Positions 25,735 to 35,582 of a DNA stretch of 36,979 nt are shown one piece after another (the stretch's first letter is position 1; each line of letters starts with the position of its first letter). Location: NCBI GenBank assembly GCA_046538485.1, contig JBKHIT010000052.1, positions 1 through 36,979 on the forward strand, written 5' to 3'. The stretch comes from Candidatus Brocadiia bacterium. Lineage in GTDB: Bacteria; Planctomycetota; Brocadiia; SM23-32. The position numbers and the translations under genes are program-made. The notes beneath the pieces were generated by a model. It did no database searches. It was not told the DNA's origin and saw nothing but the letters and a program-made list of their open reading frames with translations.

Positions 25735-26226
25735 TCAGTCGTCCCGTTTCACCCGAAAGGGCTGGTACGCATGGCGGCAGGGGAGGCCGGGGGCGACTGA
25801 AAGTAGATTCTCAGCCGGTCGGCAGATCGATGAGCAGATCGTGTCCCACGGCGCACCGTCAGGGTCGTCATGGTTGCCAGTGCAAACCGGGATCTCGTGG
25901 TTACTGAGAATGCCTTTCACATCTTCCAGCTGGATGGCAGGGACTTTCTCCACCAGGTATTTGGAAGTGCCATTGAGTCGCTTTTGCGCTTTCGCAAGTG
26001 CGGTGCCACGGTAATTCGATGGTTTCGGATGGACGGGTTTTTCCAGAGTGGTTTCCGTCTCGGTTGCGGGTAACCTGCTGGTGAGTTTCCCGCCATGGCC
26101 GATGTTCGTCGCGATGGTCTGAACGGGTATGCGGAGGGTATCGCGAAGACGCTGGCCCATCTGATGCCCGCGTTCGAATGCGTTCTTGGTGAGAGATATT
26201 TCGCGGATCTGGCGTTCTGGCGTCAT
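25735..26226 (-). pseudogene. Internally deleted C45 family peptidase / acyltransferase remnant (frame intact)
   Basis: N-terminal FERGHQMGQRL and C-terminal ILSNHEIPVC...TICSSIC.P....L.VAPGLPC...Y match the two ends of C45 Ntn-hydrolases, but the ORF is only 163 aa with no catalytic-Cys region. Confidence 0.55.
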
Positions 26227-26232
26227 AAACGT

Positions 26233-26832
26233 TCAATCTTCGGAGGAAGACGCATCACCATTTTGATGTCTGCAATCTTTGGGCAGGATATGGAGCCACG
26301 CTTCGAGATTTTTGGACTCTTTCTGGCGCGGAAGCTGGACGATATGGCGGACCCGTATGCCCATCTCTGCCAGTTCAGCCAGGGAGCGGCGGAGCACGAG
26401 ATCGAAATCGTCGGGCGGCACAACACCGCCGTGGATCAAGGCATCTTCCGCCTCATATTGCGGTTTGAAGAGGCTGAGGATAAAACCGTCATTGCTGATA
26501 CGGCGTAAAGCATTGGGGAGGATATGACGTTGTCGTGTCCAGCCGACATCGGCCGTTATAATATCCATCGGTTCAGGAAGTGAGACGTGCATGGCGTTCG
26601 TGCGCTCCATGACGATTACCCGGTCATCGTTGCGCAATTTCCATTCAAACATTCCGTAACCGGTATCGACGGCGTATACACGTTGGGCGCCGCGCTGCAG
26701 AAGGCAATCGGTGAATCCTCCAATATTACAGCCGAAATCGGCGGCAGTTGCTCCGGACACGTCAAGGTCAAGTTTATTCAGGGCGAATTCGAGTTTATCA
26801 CCGCCACGCCCGACATAATCGGTTTCGGTCAT
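26233..26832 (-). CDS. tlyA: TlyA-family RNA methyltransferase lacking the S4 domain
   Basis: YVGRGGDKL..AL, DFGCNIGGFTDCLLQRGA..VYAVDTGYG, RVIVMERTN, KPQYE, NLE. Confidence 0.85.
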   Translation of the reverse strand: MTETDYVGRGGDKLEFALNKLDLDVSGATAADFGCNIGGFTDCLLQRGAQRVYAVDTGYGMFEWKLRNDDRVIVMERTNAMHVSLPEPMDIITADVGWTRQRHILPNALRRISNDGFILSLFKPQYEAEDALIHGGVVPPDDFDLVLRRSLAELAEMGIRVRHIVQLPRQKESKNLEAWLHILPKDCRHQNGDASSSED

Positions 26833-26846
26833 TGTTTTTGAGGCTT

Positions 26847-29069
26847 CTATTTGATTTCAGCAACAATTGTTAACACGCCGTGATCTGAAAAATCGATGCG
26901 GATCTTCTGATATTTGCCGGCCTTTGAAATCCCTAATACTTCTCCTTCCCCATAGGAAGCATGTTCTACATGGCTGCCTTCCTCGATGAACTCACCAGAA
27001 CCGTCAAGGACTTTAAGGACAGGCCCTTTGCCCCCGCTTTGCAATCGGGCCTTTTTTGACCTTTTTTTTCTTTTTTTAACTGCACGAGCGTTTTTTCCAA
27101 ACAGGCTTGCGGAAGCAAATGACGGGTCGCCCCCGATAGTTTCGTGTTGCACTCCTTCGTGTGGCAATTCATCGAGAAATCGGGAAGGCCGTGTGGGTTG
27201 ATCGCGTCCGCGAATCATTCGTTCGCGCGCATGGGTCAGGTAAAGACGATAACGTGCCCGGGTCATCCCGACATGGAGGAGTCGGCGTTCTTCTTCGAGT
27301 GCTCCACCCGTTTCCCCATGCCGATTGTCTTCAAGGGCCCTCTGATGGGGAAGCAGATCTTTTTCCAGACCGACGATGAATACCGCATCAAATTCGAGGC
27401 CTTTGGCGGAGTGGAGCGTCATAAGAGATACGGCATCGGCGCTTGATTCCCATCCATCGGCATCGGAAATAAGAGCCGTGCGTTCCATAAACGAGACAAG
27501 GTCACCCCCGGGATGGCGTTTATCATATTGTTTGGCGAAACCCAGCAGATAATCGATAATCTCGTGGACGTCGTCGCGCTCTTCGTCGGGCGCTCCCTGT
27601 ATATATTCCGTTTCGTCGACGATTGTCTTTATAAGTTCATAGATGGAATTAGCATCGAGCTTTGTCAGTTTTTTATAAAGTTTGGCAAACCCATCGACGG
27701 CGTTGCGAGCTCGGGTGGGTAGTTCTTTGAGGGCATCTTTTTTCTGAATGGCCAGAGCCGCGGCTTTGCCAGCGTTTGCTGCAATATTTTCGACCCTTTC
27801 GAGGGTTTTGGGCCCAATTCCGCGTGTCGGTACATTCACAATACGCCGAAATGCCACGTCATCGTGCGGATTCATAATAAGCCGCAGATACGCGCAAATA
27901 TCCTTAATTTCTTTTCGCTCGAAGAATCCAATCGTATCGACCACCTGGTGGGGGACCGACTTATCCATCAATGTTTCTTCAAGCTGAAGCGATTGATATT
28001 TTGTCCGGTAAAGAAGGGCGATTTCTCCGGCCGGTGTGCCGCCTTCAATGAGAGTTTGTATCTCTTCCGCTATCCAATTGGCTTCTTCGTAAGAATCAGG
28101 AAAGTGGATGACGTTCACAGGTTCACCCGATTCGGATTCGGTGCGGAGGACTTTTTCGTGGCGTAACTTGTTGAAACTAACACACGTTGATGCGGCACGC
28201 AGGATGTTGGCGGTTGAGCGGTAGTTTTGTTCAAGTTTGATGATATGCGCGCCCGGGAAATCTTCTTCAAACTCCATGATGTTATCCAGGCGGGCGCCTC
28301 GCCAGGTATAGATGGTTTGATCGGGATCCCCCACGGCCGTGATGTTGCGATGATAACCCTGCAGCGCCCGAGCGATGAGGTGTTGGGGAAGATTTGTGTC
28401 CTGATATTCATCCACCAAAACATGCTGATATGCTTTTTGGTAGCGCGACAAAACTTCGGGGCTTTTACTGAAGAGCTCGACCGTTTTGACAAGGAGATCA
28501 TCAAAATCCAGCGCGTTATTCTCAAGCAGCCGTTCATTGTAACAACGGTAGATTTCAGCCGCTTCACGATCATAAACGCCGACAGCCTCTTGGTCGGCCT
28601 CATCGGGATTTTCCAGTTTGTCTTTATGCGCGCTGATGCAATCGCGAATGTCAGAGGGTTTATAAGTCTCTCTGTCGAGATTCTTTTGCTTGATAATTTG
28701 CCGGACAATACGCGAAGAGTCACGCCGATCGTAGATGCTGAAAGAGGGGGAGAGGCCGACCCGATCGGCGTCTCTGCGAAGAATCCAGGCACAGAGTGAG
28801 TGGAAAGTCCGTATCATAACGTTTTCACCCACCAGATTTTCCACCCGGCGCTTCATCTCATCGGCGGCTTTGTTCGTGAAAGTTATCGCTACAATGCGGT
28901 CGGCTGCCACACCGTTTTGCACGAGCCACGCAATCCGGCGTGTGATGACGCGTGTTTTTCCGCTGCCGGCGCCTGCGACGACGAGAAGTGGACCGTCTCC
29001 ATAGGTTACGGCTTCTTTTTGGGCGGAGCTGAGATTCTCGGAGATGGGATCAGTGGCATTCTGCGACAT
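26847..29069 (-). CDS. pcrA: ATP-dependent DNA helicase UvrD/PcrA
   Basis: AGAGSGKT, ITFTNKAA, TFHS, DFDDLL, VDEYQDTN, VGDPDQTIY.WRGA, LEQNYRS, MTLHSAKGLEF, EERRL.HVGMTRA, Tudor-like C-terminus. Start 29069 preferred over 29126. Confidence 0.95.
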   Translation of the reverse strand: MSQNATDPISENLSSAQKEAVTYGDGPLLVVAGAGSGKTRVITRRIAWLVQNGVAADRIVAITFTNKAADEMKRRVENLVGENVMIRTFHSLCAWILRRDADRVGLSPSFSIYDRRDSSRIVRQIIKQKNLDRETYKPSDIRDCISAHKDKLENPDEADQEAVGVYDREAAEIYRCYNERLLENNALDFDDLLVKTVELFSKSPEVLSRYQKAYQHVLVDEYQDTNLPQHLIARALQGYHRNITAVGDPDQTIYTWRGARLDNIMEFEEDFPGAHIIKLEQNYRSTANILRAASTCVSFNKLRHEKVLRTESESGEPVNVIHFPDSYEEANWIAEEIQTLIEGGTPAGEIALLYRTKYQSLQLEETLMDKSVPHQVVDTIGFFERKEIKDICAYLRLIMNPHDDVAFRRIVNVPTRGIGPKTLERVENIAANAGKAAALAIQKKDALKELPTRARNAVDGFAKLYKKLTKLDANSIYELIKTIVDETEYIQGAPDEERDDVHEIIDYLLGFAKQYDKRHPGGDLVSFMERTALISDADGWESSADAVSLMTLHSAKGLEFDAVFIVGLEKDLLPHQRALEDNRHGETGGALEEERRLLHVGMTRARYRLYLTHARERMIRGRDQPTRPSRFLDELPHEGVQHETIGGDPSFASASLFGKNARAVKKRKKRSKKARLQSGGKGPVLKVLDGSGEFIEEGSHVEHASYGEGEVLGISKAGKYQKIRIDFSDHGVLTIVAEIK

Positions 29070-29140
29070 AATAAAACGGTCTTCTGTTTTTGAGAAAAGG
29101 GAAGACGGTGCAGAGACGTTTCTCACACCGCCACAGAGGT

Positions 29141-29169
29141 ATAGTAAGATCGGGAGGGGAAACTGTCAA
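29141..29169 (-). promoter_or_regulatory. sigma70 promoter of the pcrA-tlyA operon
   Basis: Minus strand TTGACA-N17-TACTAT. Confidence 0.7.
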
Positions 29170-29264
29170 GGAGTGGCAGGCCAAACAATGTACACTGTTT
29201 GCTGAACCGGAATTCGGGACGCAGGGACGTCCTTTTGCACAAACCTTTTGAGAAAAAAGTGGAG

Positions 29265-30539
29265 TTATTCGTGCCGGAGCGCATCAATGGGATCGAGATT
29301 TGCTGCGCGGTAGGCCGGATAAATCCCAAAGATAAGCCCGACGGAAGCGCTGATACCAAAAGCGAGCAGGAGGGACCATCCTGTGACGATAGTTGACATA
29401 CCAGCGAAGCGGGTTACAAAGTAGGGCAGTGAAATCCCCAGCGCTATTCCCAGCAAACCCCCGAAGATTGAAAGCAGTACCGTTTCGGTGAGAAATTGCT
29501 CGACAATGTGGCGTTTTTTAGCCCCCATAGCCCGGCGAATTCCGATCTCCCGGGTGCGTTCCATTATGGTGGCGAGGGTAATATTCATGATGCCGATGCC
29601 CCCGACCAACAGACTGATGGCTGCAATGGAGCCGAGCACGATGCTAAATATCCTTTTTGTTCGCCTGGCCTGTTCCAGAAGTTGCAGCGGTACGATTGCT
29701 TTATAATCCTTTTGTTTGTGATCCTGTGCCAGGATTTGTTCGATAATCCGGTGCACGGTTGTCACTCTGTCCAGTTGGTCAACCTGTATGATCAGTTCAT
29801 GAAGTTCCACTTGTTCCGCGTTAAAGCTACCAGCACTTCGGCTCACAACTGTTTTGCCAAAATGGACCTGCAGAGTGCTGAGAGGAACATAGATATCGCT
29901 ATCCGGATCGCTCCGCTGCTCCAGCTGAGTTACCTCGCCCCGATTCAGTGAGGAGAGAATACCGATCACTCGGTACCGCCTCTTCCCGGCCCGAATGAGT
30001 CGGCCGTAGGCCCCGCCCAGAGGGAAGAGAGCTCTTGCGGCCGCCTGGCCCAGAACGCATACTGATTTTCGACCGTCCATGTCAAGATGGTTGAAAAAGC
30101 GTCCTTCCAGCGGGCTGCAATTCGTTACGTCGGGATACCATGGGACGGTACCGACAAGATTTGTATCGTACTGGCGACGTCCATGAAGCACCGTTTCTCG
30201 AACTTTTCGTGCCTGGGTGATTACTTCCACTCCCGGCACAGTTTCTCGGATTCGGCGGGCGTCTTTAAAAGTCAAGCCGTAATCGAGAACACGGCTGCTG
30301 GAACTGGAAATGTCCTGACTCTGGGGTGGCTTCACGCTTTGAAGGATGATGTTGTTACTCCCGAGAGCTTTAATTTGCTGCTGGGCTTCATCGCTGGCGC
30401 CCTGGCCGATCGCGAGCATCGCAATGACCGAACAGACGCCGAAAGTGATGCCGAGCACAGTGAGCCCGCTGCGAAGTTTATTGCGCCAGAGACTTTTCAA
30501 CCCCGTGCGCAGTGTTCTTTTGATCCGGAAGATCCGCAT
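29265..30539 (-). CDS. MacB/FtsX-family ABC permease
   Basis: NKLRSGLTVLGI, GRFF, IAAISLLVGGIGIMNI, ERTREIGIRRAMGAK, QFLTE, YPAYRAANLDPIDALRHE; SD AAGGTGG supports ATG 30539. Confidence 0.93.
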   Translation of the reverse strand: MRIFRIKRTLRTGLKSLWRNKLRSGLTVLGITFGVCSVIAMLAIGQGASDEAQQQIKALGSNNIILQSVKPPQSQDISSSSSRVLDYGLTFKDARRIRETVPGVEVITQARKVRETVLHGRRQYDTNLVGTVPWYPDVTNCSPLEGRFFNHLDMDGRKSVCVLGQAAARALFPLGGAYGRLIRAGKRRYRVIGILSSLNRGEVTQLEQRSDPDSDIYVPLSTLQVHFGKTVVSRSAGSFNAEQVELHELIIQVDQLDRVTTVHRIIEQILAQDHKQKDYKAIVPLQLLEQARRTKRIFSIVLGSIAAISLLVGGIGIMNITLATIMERTREIGIRRAMGAKKRHIVEQFLTETVLLSIFGGLLGIALGISLPYFVTRFAGMSTIVTGWSLLLAFGISASVGLIFGIYPAYRAANLDPIDALRHE

Positions 30540-30565
30540 TAGTCCACCTTTATTTTTCAACGTTC

Positions 30566-31288
30566 TTACAAATCCGCTTTTGCAGGTAGTTTATGCATAT
30601 CGTGATTTTCGAGGCGTCCATCTACAAGATGATAAGTTTGTTCACACATTTCCGCGACATTCGGATCGTGTGTAACCATCACCAGAGTGGTCCCACGATC
30701 ATTTAGATCTTTGAGCAGTTTCAGGATTTCCGCTCCCGTTTTTGTGTCGAGGTTACCCGTGGGTTCGTCTGCCAGCAGAAGCAGTGGGTTACTGACCAGC
30801 GCTCGTGCTATACTTACACGTTGTTGTTGCCCGCCGCTGAGCTCCGCTGGAAGATGTTTGAGCCGATGTCCGAGGCCGACTTGCCGGGCAAGTTCGACCG
30901 CGCGCTGGTAACTCTCATGTTCGGACAGGCCCAGATAGTAGAGGGGAATTTCAATATTGTCTGTCACGTTAAGTTGAGGAATGAGATTGTAAGATTGGAA
31001 AATAAACCCGAGTCGGCTTGCTCGTACTTCGCTGAGTTCGTTGTCAGAAAGGTCGGAAACATCCCGGTTGCCCAGTCGATAGTGACCGGTGGTGGGGCGA
31101 TCGAGACAGCCCAATAGATTGAGCATCGTTGATTTGCCGCTTCCGGATGGCCCCATAATGGCGACCATCTGTCCGGAATATATTGCCAGACTCACCCCGC
31201 GAAGTGCGTGGACGTCGACTTCGCCCATTTCGTAGGTCTTCCACACATCCCGCAGCTCAACGATGGGACTGTCAGAATTCGCTGTCAT
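30566..31288 (-). CDS. ABC ATP-binding protein (MacB/LolD-type)
   Basis: [41 protein letters not shown]. Confidence 0.95.
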   Translation of the reverse strand: MTANSDSPIVELRDVWKTYEMGEVDVHALRGVSLAIYSGQMVAIMGPSGSGKSTMLNLLGCLDRPTTGHYRLGNRDVSDLSDNELSEVRASRLGFIFQSYNLIPQLNVTDNIEIPLYYLGLSEHESYQRAVELARQVGLGHRLKHLPAELSGGQQQRVSIARALVSNPLLLLADEPTGNLDTKTGAEILKLLKDLNDRGTTLVMVTHDPNVAEMCEQTYHLVDGRLENHDMHKLPAKADL

Positions 31289-33246
31289 CGTGATTCCCCG
31301 TCTGCCGATTCCGCCATTTCCCGGAGTTTCTGTTCCACCTGACGCCTTTGTTCCTCCGGCATCGAAGATAGATTTTCGCGGATGCGTTTAATTGCTTTCT
31401 CCCGCCGTTTGGGATCCATCTTGCGCAGGAAAGCGATCATTTGTTCGGGAGAAAAATTGCGGTTCTCTCCTGGCTTTTCAGCATCTTGCTCGTCCGGTTC
31501 TTGTTTTCGCGTGCGACGGGAGGAGTCAGAGGAACGAGCAGTCCTTTTCCGGGAGGGCGTATCGTCACCTGGCCCGTTTGAAGAACTTTTCTGGGCTTTT
31601 TTTTCTTCTTTCAGAAGAGGCAGAGTGGCCATTTTAATATCCGAAGGAACGGGAGCGGGCGGAGCGAGGAGAACCTGATCACCTTGTCCCAGACCACGCA
31701 CAATTTCCACTTTTGTTTCGGTGAAATGCCCTGTTTCAACTTCCTGAAGTCGGAGGCCAGTCGGCTCAGCTATCCAGCAGACGCGTTTACCCTTGCGGGT
31801 TTGGACAGCCTGGACAGGAATGGCAATAACGTCCTTAAGATCGGCGACAACAATCTCAGTGGTGGCTGACATGCCGGGCTTAATCTGTCCCGGTGGTTCG
31901 GAGAGAGCGACTTCGGTGTCATAAACCATTACGTTGGGATTGAGCCACCTGTGTTCGGCCTTGGCCATGGGGCTGACCCTCGCTACTTTTCCTTCCCATG
32001 TTCTGTCGCTGATTGCCTCGACCGTAATGGTAGCGGGCTGGCCGACCTGGACGCTTTTCACCTCAGTTTCGTTAATCTCCACCCGTGCACCGAGGGTAGA
32101 AAGGTTTGGAATACCGATAATAGTTTGCCCCTCGCGCACGCTATTGCCTTCCTGAATGGGGTTGTTACGGTAGCGGCGTGGGTTGATGGTGCTGGCGTAG
32201 GCCACAAGCCCCGGTCGTTGCGCTCGGATGACAGAGTTGTCAATCATGTCCTTTATTTTCTTAAGACGGGTTTGCCTGACTTCATAAGCGGATTGCTGTG
32301 ATCTTAACATTGAGTTAGCCTGTGCCAGTTGGCTGCGACAGCGTGCTTTCACACGTTCGAGTTCGCGTCCTGTTTCGCGCAGGTCTTCGTAGCGTTGTTC
32401 TGCTTCTTTCGGCAATGTGTAGCGCAGAAAAAGATCAAGCTCCGCCTGAGCTTTCTGAAGTTCGGTCTGTTTCCTCTTGACCTGAAGTTCGTCCGCAACT
32501 TCTTCATTGCGGTTAACGTATCCCTTTTCTACCAATTTTCTGGTCCATTTGAGCGTGTCCTGGGCGCGGGACAATTCTTCACTGGCGAGCATGACTGCCG
32601 CTTCCATTTTCCGCTTTCGCTGCTTTGATTCTCCGCCCAGCTCTTTTGTCGTGCCGATTTCAGAGAAATCCATGCCTTCATCGGCGACCTGAGCCGCTAA
32701 TTTTTTGCCAAGGTACCGCTGCAGCTCCAATCGGGTGAACTTTACGTCGAGGCGGGCCTGAGAAATATTGCTTTCGTTCTCCTGCTCTTGTATGGAATAG
32801 CTTTCTTTTGCCTGAGTAAGATTTGCCTCAGCGTCCTGGACGGTAATGCTTTGTTGAGATTCTTTGTCTTCCAGCGATGAAGAATCGAGTTTTACAAGGA
32901 CCGTTCCGCTTTTCACATCTTCTTCAGTTAAGACTGTTCCCTCGGGGATGACATATAGAATTTGACTGTTGCCTTCAACTTTGCTGGTAACGTCGTAAGA
33001 TTCCATGGCCTGAATGGTTCCACCGGCGCTGACTGTAACTGTGAGATCACTCCGGCTTACTCTGTAGGTCGGAATCTTGAGGGTTGTTTTATCGGGACCG
33101 CTGTCACCCCATAATAACCATGTGCCGACCCCGGCACCGATCAGCAGGATTATAAGAACAACCCACAGACGCATTCTGGATTTGGATTCTTCCGGCGGTG
33201 AAGCCGCGCTGGTGATACTGTTCTCGTTATTCTGGGGCAAACTCAT
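31285..33246 (-). CDS. Efflux periplasmic adaptor subunit (MacA/HlyD-like) with a very long coiled coil
   Basis: N-terminal TM, lipoyl halves (VIPEGT...LVKLD; IRAQRPGLV), VQVGQPATITVEA, IKPGMSA, IPVQAV, GLGQGDQV; ATGA overlap with the downstream ATPase. Confidence 0.9.
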   Translation of the reverse strand: MSLPQNNENSITSAASPPEESKSRMRLWVVLIILLIGAGVGTWLLWGDSGPDKTTLKIPTYRVSRSDLTVTVSAGGTIQAMESYDVTSKVEGNSQILYVIPEGTVLTEEDVKSGTVLVKLDSSSLEDKESQQSITVQDAEANLTQAKESYSIQEQENESNISQARLDVKFTRLELQRYLGKKLAAQVADEGMDFSEIGTTKELGGESKQRKRKMEAAVMLASEELSRAQDTLKWTRKLVEKGYVNRNEEVADELQVKRKQTELQKAQAELDLFLRYTLPKEAEQRYEDLRETGRELERVKARCRSQLAQANSMLRSQQSAYEVRQTRLKKIKDMIDNSVIRAQRPGLVAYASTINPRRYRNNPIQEGNSVREGQTIIGIPNLSTLGARVEINETEVKSVQVGQPATITVEAISDRTWEGKVARVSPMAKAEHRWLNPNVMVYDTEVALSEPPGQIKPGMSATTEIVVADLKDVIAIPVQAVQTRKGKRVCWIAEPTGLRLQEVETGHFTETKVEIVRGLGQGDQVLLAPPAPVPSDIKMATLPLLKEEKKAQKSSSNGPGDDTPSRKRTARSSDSSRRTRKQEPDEQDAEKPGENRNFSPEQMIAFLRKMDPKRREKAIKRIRENLSSMPEEQRRQVEQKLREMAESADGESR

Positions 33247-34879
33247 TGAAATTTGTCTCCATTTGTCCTGTTTTATGCACTGTCAGAATATCCATGTCCC
33301 GCGCCAGTTCCAGCCGGGCGACTTTGTAGTCTACAACCGCCTGGACGAGCGAGTTCTGTGCGCTCAGCAGGGCTTCGCGGGCCTCGAGCATATCACGGGT
33401 ATTAGCTCGCCCTGCCTGAAGTAGCATGTTTGTGCTGTCAACGCGATTCTGTGCCAGTTCCACGCTGTGGCGTTGGATTTGATAAGTTCGATGTGCACGA
33501 AGATAATCGCGCCACCGATTACGCACCTCGTGAACGACCTCGTTACGCAGTTTTTCGAAATCACGCCGGGTGGCTTTGGCCTCGATAAGACGTCGTCGGA
33601 AAGTATTCCGCTCTGCCTTGCGGTCCAGAGCGAGATCCAGTTCGAGGGCCACACTGTAAGCGTTGTTATTGCCACTGAACTTCAGGGGTTTGTTGTTCTC
33701 GGTGTCAGTATCTGCTTCTACAACGACATCCAATCCCGGCCGGAGATCATCGATGGCTACTTTAATTTTTCTGTGGGCATCCTCCACTTTTTCCTCAGTG
33801 GTTTGCAAATCGAGCCTTTGGTCCAGGGCGACGTTGCACGCATGGGAACGCGAATACTGAAGAGAGGCAGGGCGCGCTTCCTGTAACTCTTCGAGTTCCC
33901 GCAGGTCTAAACTGATATTTGTTTCTGTTGGGAGAGCAAGCGTGATCTTGAAGCTGTCCAATGCCTCGTGATAACGCTGCTGGGCTCGCTCAAACCGGTC
34001 CCGGGCGCTGAGTTCGTTCTGAAGAGTCTGGTCGACCTGGAATTCGGGCAGACGTCCTGCTTCTGCCATTGCTTCGGCGCGCTTCCGGGCTTTAACCAGA
34101 TTCTCGTAGTTGAGTAATTCGTTACGTAAGATCTGTCTTGCCTGAAGGACACGGTAATATTCGGAATAAACACTGACGAAGAAAGTTCGCTGGTAGCGCA
34201 CAAAATCACGTATCTCGTAATAAACATTTTGCTCCGCCTGAGTCAGGGGTTCAGTAGCAGAAATTGTGCGCCCTCGTAATAACGGCTGGGCGAGTGTCAG
34301 GCTGAATAAAGACCCTGCCGCTTTGCGAGGGTTTCCCGTAAGAAACTCACTGAGGTCGGTGGCCAGTTCGGCTGAAAGGGTGGCACCGGTTGCCAGTAGC
34401 CAATCGAAACCGAAAGCGGAGCCGCCGCTGACCGTTTCCTCATCATCCGCGTTGTGGTCAAACCGGCCAGTCACGGCGCCGAAAAAAAGGGGGCGGAAAG
34501 CGTTTCGCTGGAGCGTGAGATCTAATGCGCTGAGATACACATCTTCCCGTCGACTCTGATAGTCACGACTATTGATTGAAGCAATCCACAGGGCCTTTTC
34601 CATGTTGATCAAAAGGGGATCGGCCGTGGTTTCTTTTTCCTTTTCTTCGGGAATAATACTGGCTTCGGGCGCTGGTTTGGCATCTTTCAAGGGATCGATA
34701 GAAGGACGATCGATGCTGAAATCTTTGTCCATGCCAGGCACTCTTCGAGACTTCGATTTTATTATGCCATAGACTTCGTGATCAGCCTTTTTCCGGTAGT
34801 GTTCCGGCGAGCACCCGAACAACAGCCCGACAGCCAGCAGGAAAAAAAGCGGCAGCGGATTGTGTGTGAAGCTTCTCAA
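33227..34879 (-). CDS. TolC-family outer membrane efflux lipoprotein
   Basis: Lipobox LLFG-C, NSRDYQS..E.VYLSAL, LAQPLL, RLDL, two helical OEP repeats, DMLEAREALL.AQNS...DYKVARL.L. Confidence 0.88.
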   Translation of the reverse strand: MRSFTHNPLPLFFLLAVGLLFGCSPEHYRKKADHEVYGIIKSKSRRVPGMDKDFSIDRPSIDPLKDAKPAPEASIIPEEKEKETTADPLLINMEKALWIASINSRDYQSRREDVYLSALDLTLQRNAFRPLFFGAVTGRFDHNADDEETVSGGSAFGFDWLLATGATLSAELATDLSEFLTGNPRKAAGSLFSLTLAQPLLRGRTISATEPLTQAEQNVYYEIRDFVRYQRTFFVSVYSEYYRVLQARQILRNELLNYENLVKARKRAEAMAEAGRLPEFQVDQTLQNELSARDRFERAQQRYHEALDSFKITLALPTETNISLDLRELEELQEARPASLQYSRSHACNVALDQRLDLQTTEEKVEDAHRKIKVAIDDLRPGLDVVVEADTDTENNKPLKFSGNNNAYSVALELDLALDRKAERNTFRRRLIEAKATRRDFEKLRNEVVHEVRNRWRDYLRAHRTYQIQRHSVELAQNRVDSTNMLLQAGRANTRDMLEAREALLSAQNSLVQAVVDYKVARLELARDMDILTVHKTGQMETNFNEFAPE

Positions 34880-34940
34880 CTTTTTATCCCTTCGGTCTTT
34901 ACAGCTCAGAGGGGCTTTAAAAGCTTCTCTGAATTAGCTA

Positions 34941-35519
34941 TTAGTCCTCATCCTTATTTTTAATCCCATTTTCCAGGACGGCTACGGCATGCCTGGCGAG
35001 GTCAGCGGTTTTCTCCTTCCAGACGTGTCCGCCGGACCGGAGCATTCCCATAAGGAACGATGCCAGCAGTTCAGGATCGGTGTCGGATCTGTAATATCCT
35101 TTTTCGACGCCGCGTTCTATAGCCTTTGCGTAGAGGTTCTGAATGGCCTTGATTCGCTTGCGCATCTCTGACCACAGTTTCCGCTTTCGTTTCGCTTCAC
35201 GTAGTTCCTCGGAGTGGAGCAGGGCGAGAAGCGCACGGCGTTTCCTCACGGATTCCAGATGTTTTTCGGCAATACGGAACAGACTGGATTCTTTCGGGTC
35301 TCCCACAGGTATTTGCTTCAGAGAATTTATCAGATCATCAAATCCCGAGAGAAGTGTCTGAAAGTATAGATTCTCCTTATCTTCAAAATAACGGTAAATA
35401 GTGCCTTTGCCGACGCGAGCTTTCTTGCAGATATCATCGAGGGTAACTTCCCCGTACCGTTGTTTTGTGAACAGAGATTCGGCAGCGGCGAGTATCTTCG
35501 CGGGTTTATCTGATGACAT
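34941..35519 (-). CDS. TetR/AcrR family transcriptional regulator
   Basis: ILAAAESLF...Y..VTLDDICKKARVGKGTIYRYFEDKENL HTH; SD GGAGG supports ATG 35519. Confidence 0.93.
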   Translation of the reverse strand: MSSDKPAKILAAAESLFTKQRYGEVTLDDICKKARVGKGTIYRYFEDKENLYFQTLLSGFDDLINSLKQIPVGDPKESSLFRIAEKHLESVRKRRALLALLHSEELREAKRKRKLWSEMRKRIKAIQNLYAKAIERGVEKGYYRSDTDPELLASFLMGMLRSGGHVWKEKTADLARHAVAVLENGIKNKDED

Positions 35520-35534
35520 TGAAGCCTCCATAGA

Positions 35535-35548
35535 ACTGACTGGTCAGT
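35535..35548. promoter_or_regulatory. Probable TetR operator palindrome
   Basis: ACTGAC-TG-GTCAGT, lying between the -10 box and the SD of the tetR gene. Confidence 0.75.
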
Positions 35549-35553
35549 ATCGT

Positions 35554-35582
35554 AATATATACCGATCGAGCAGGTAAGTCAA
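35554..35582 (-). promoter_or_regulatory. sigma70 promoter of the tetR-tolC-adaptor-ABC operon
   Basis: Minus strand TTGACT-N17-TATATT. Confidence 0.7.

Noticed and set aside
27062..27077. Poly-T tracts in pcrA as a phase-variation site
   Set aside because: They encode a Lys-rich linker (KKRKKR) in an intact housekeeping frame, and the runs are short.
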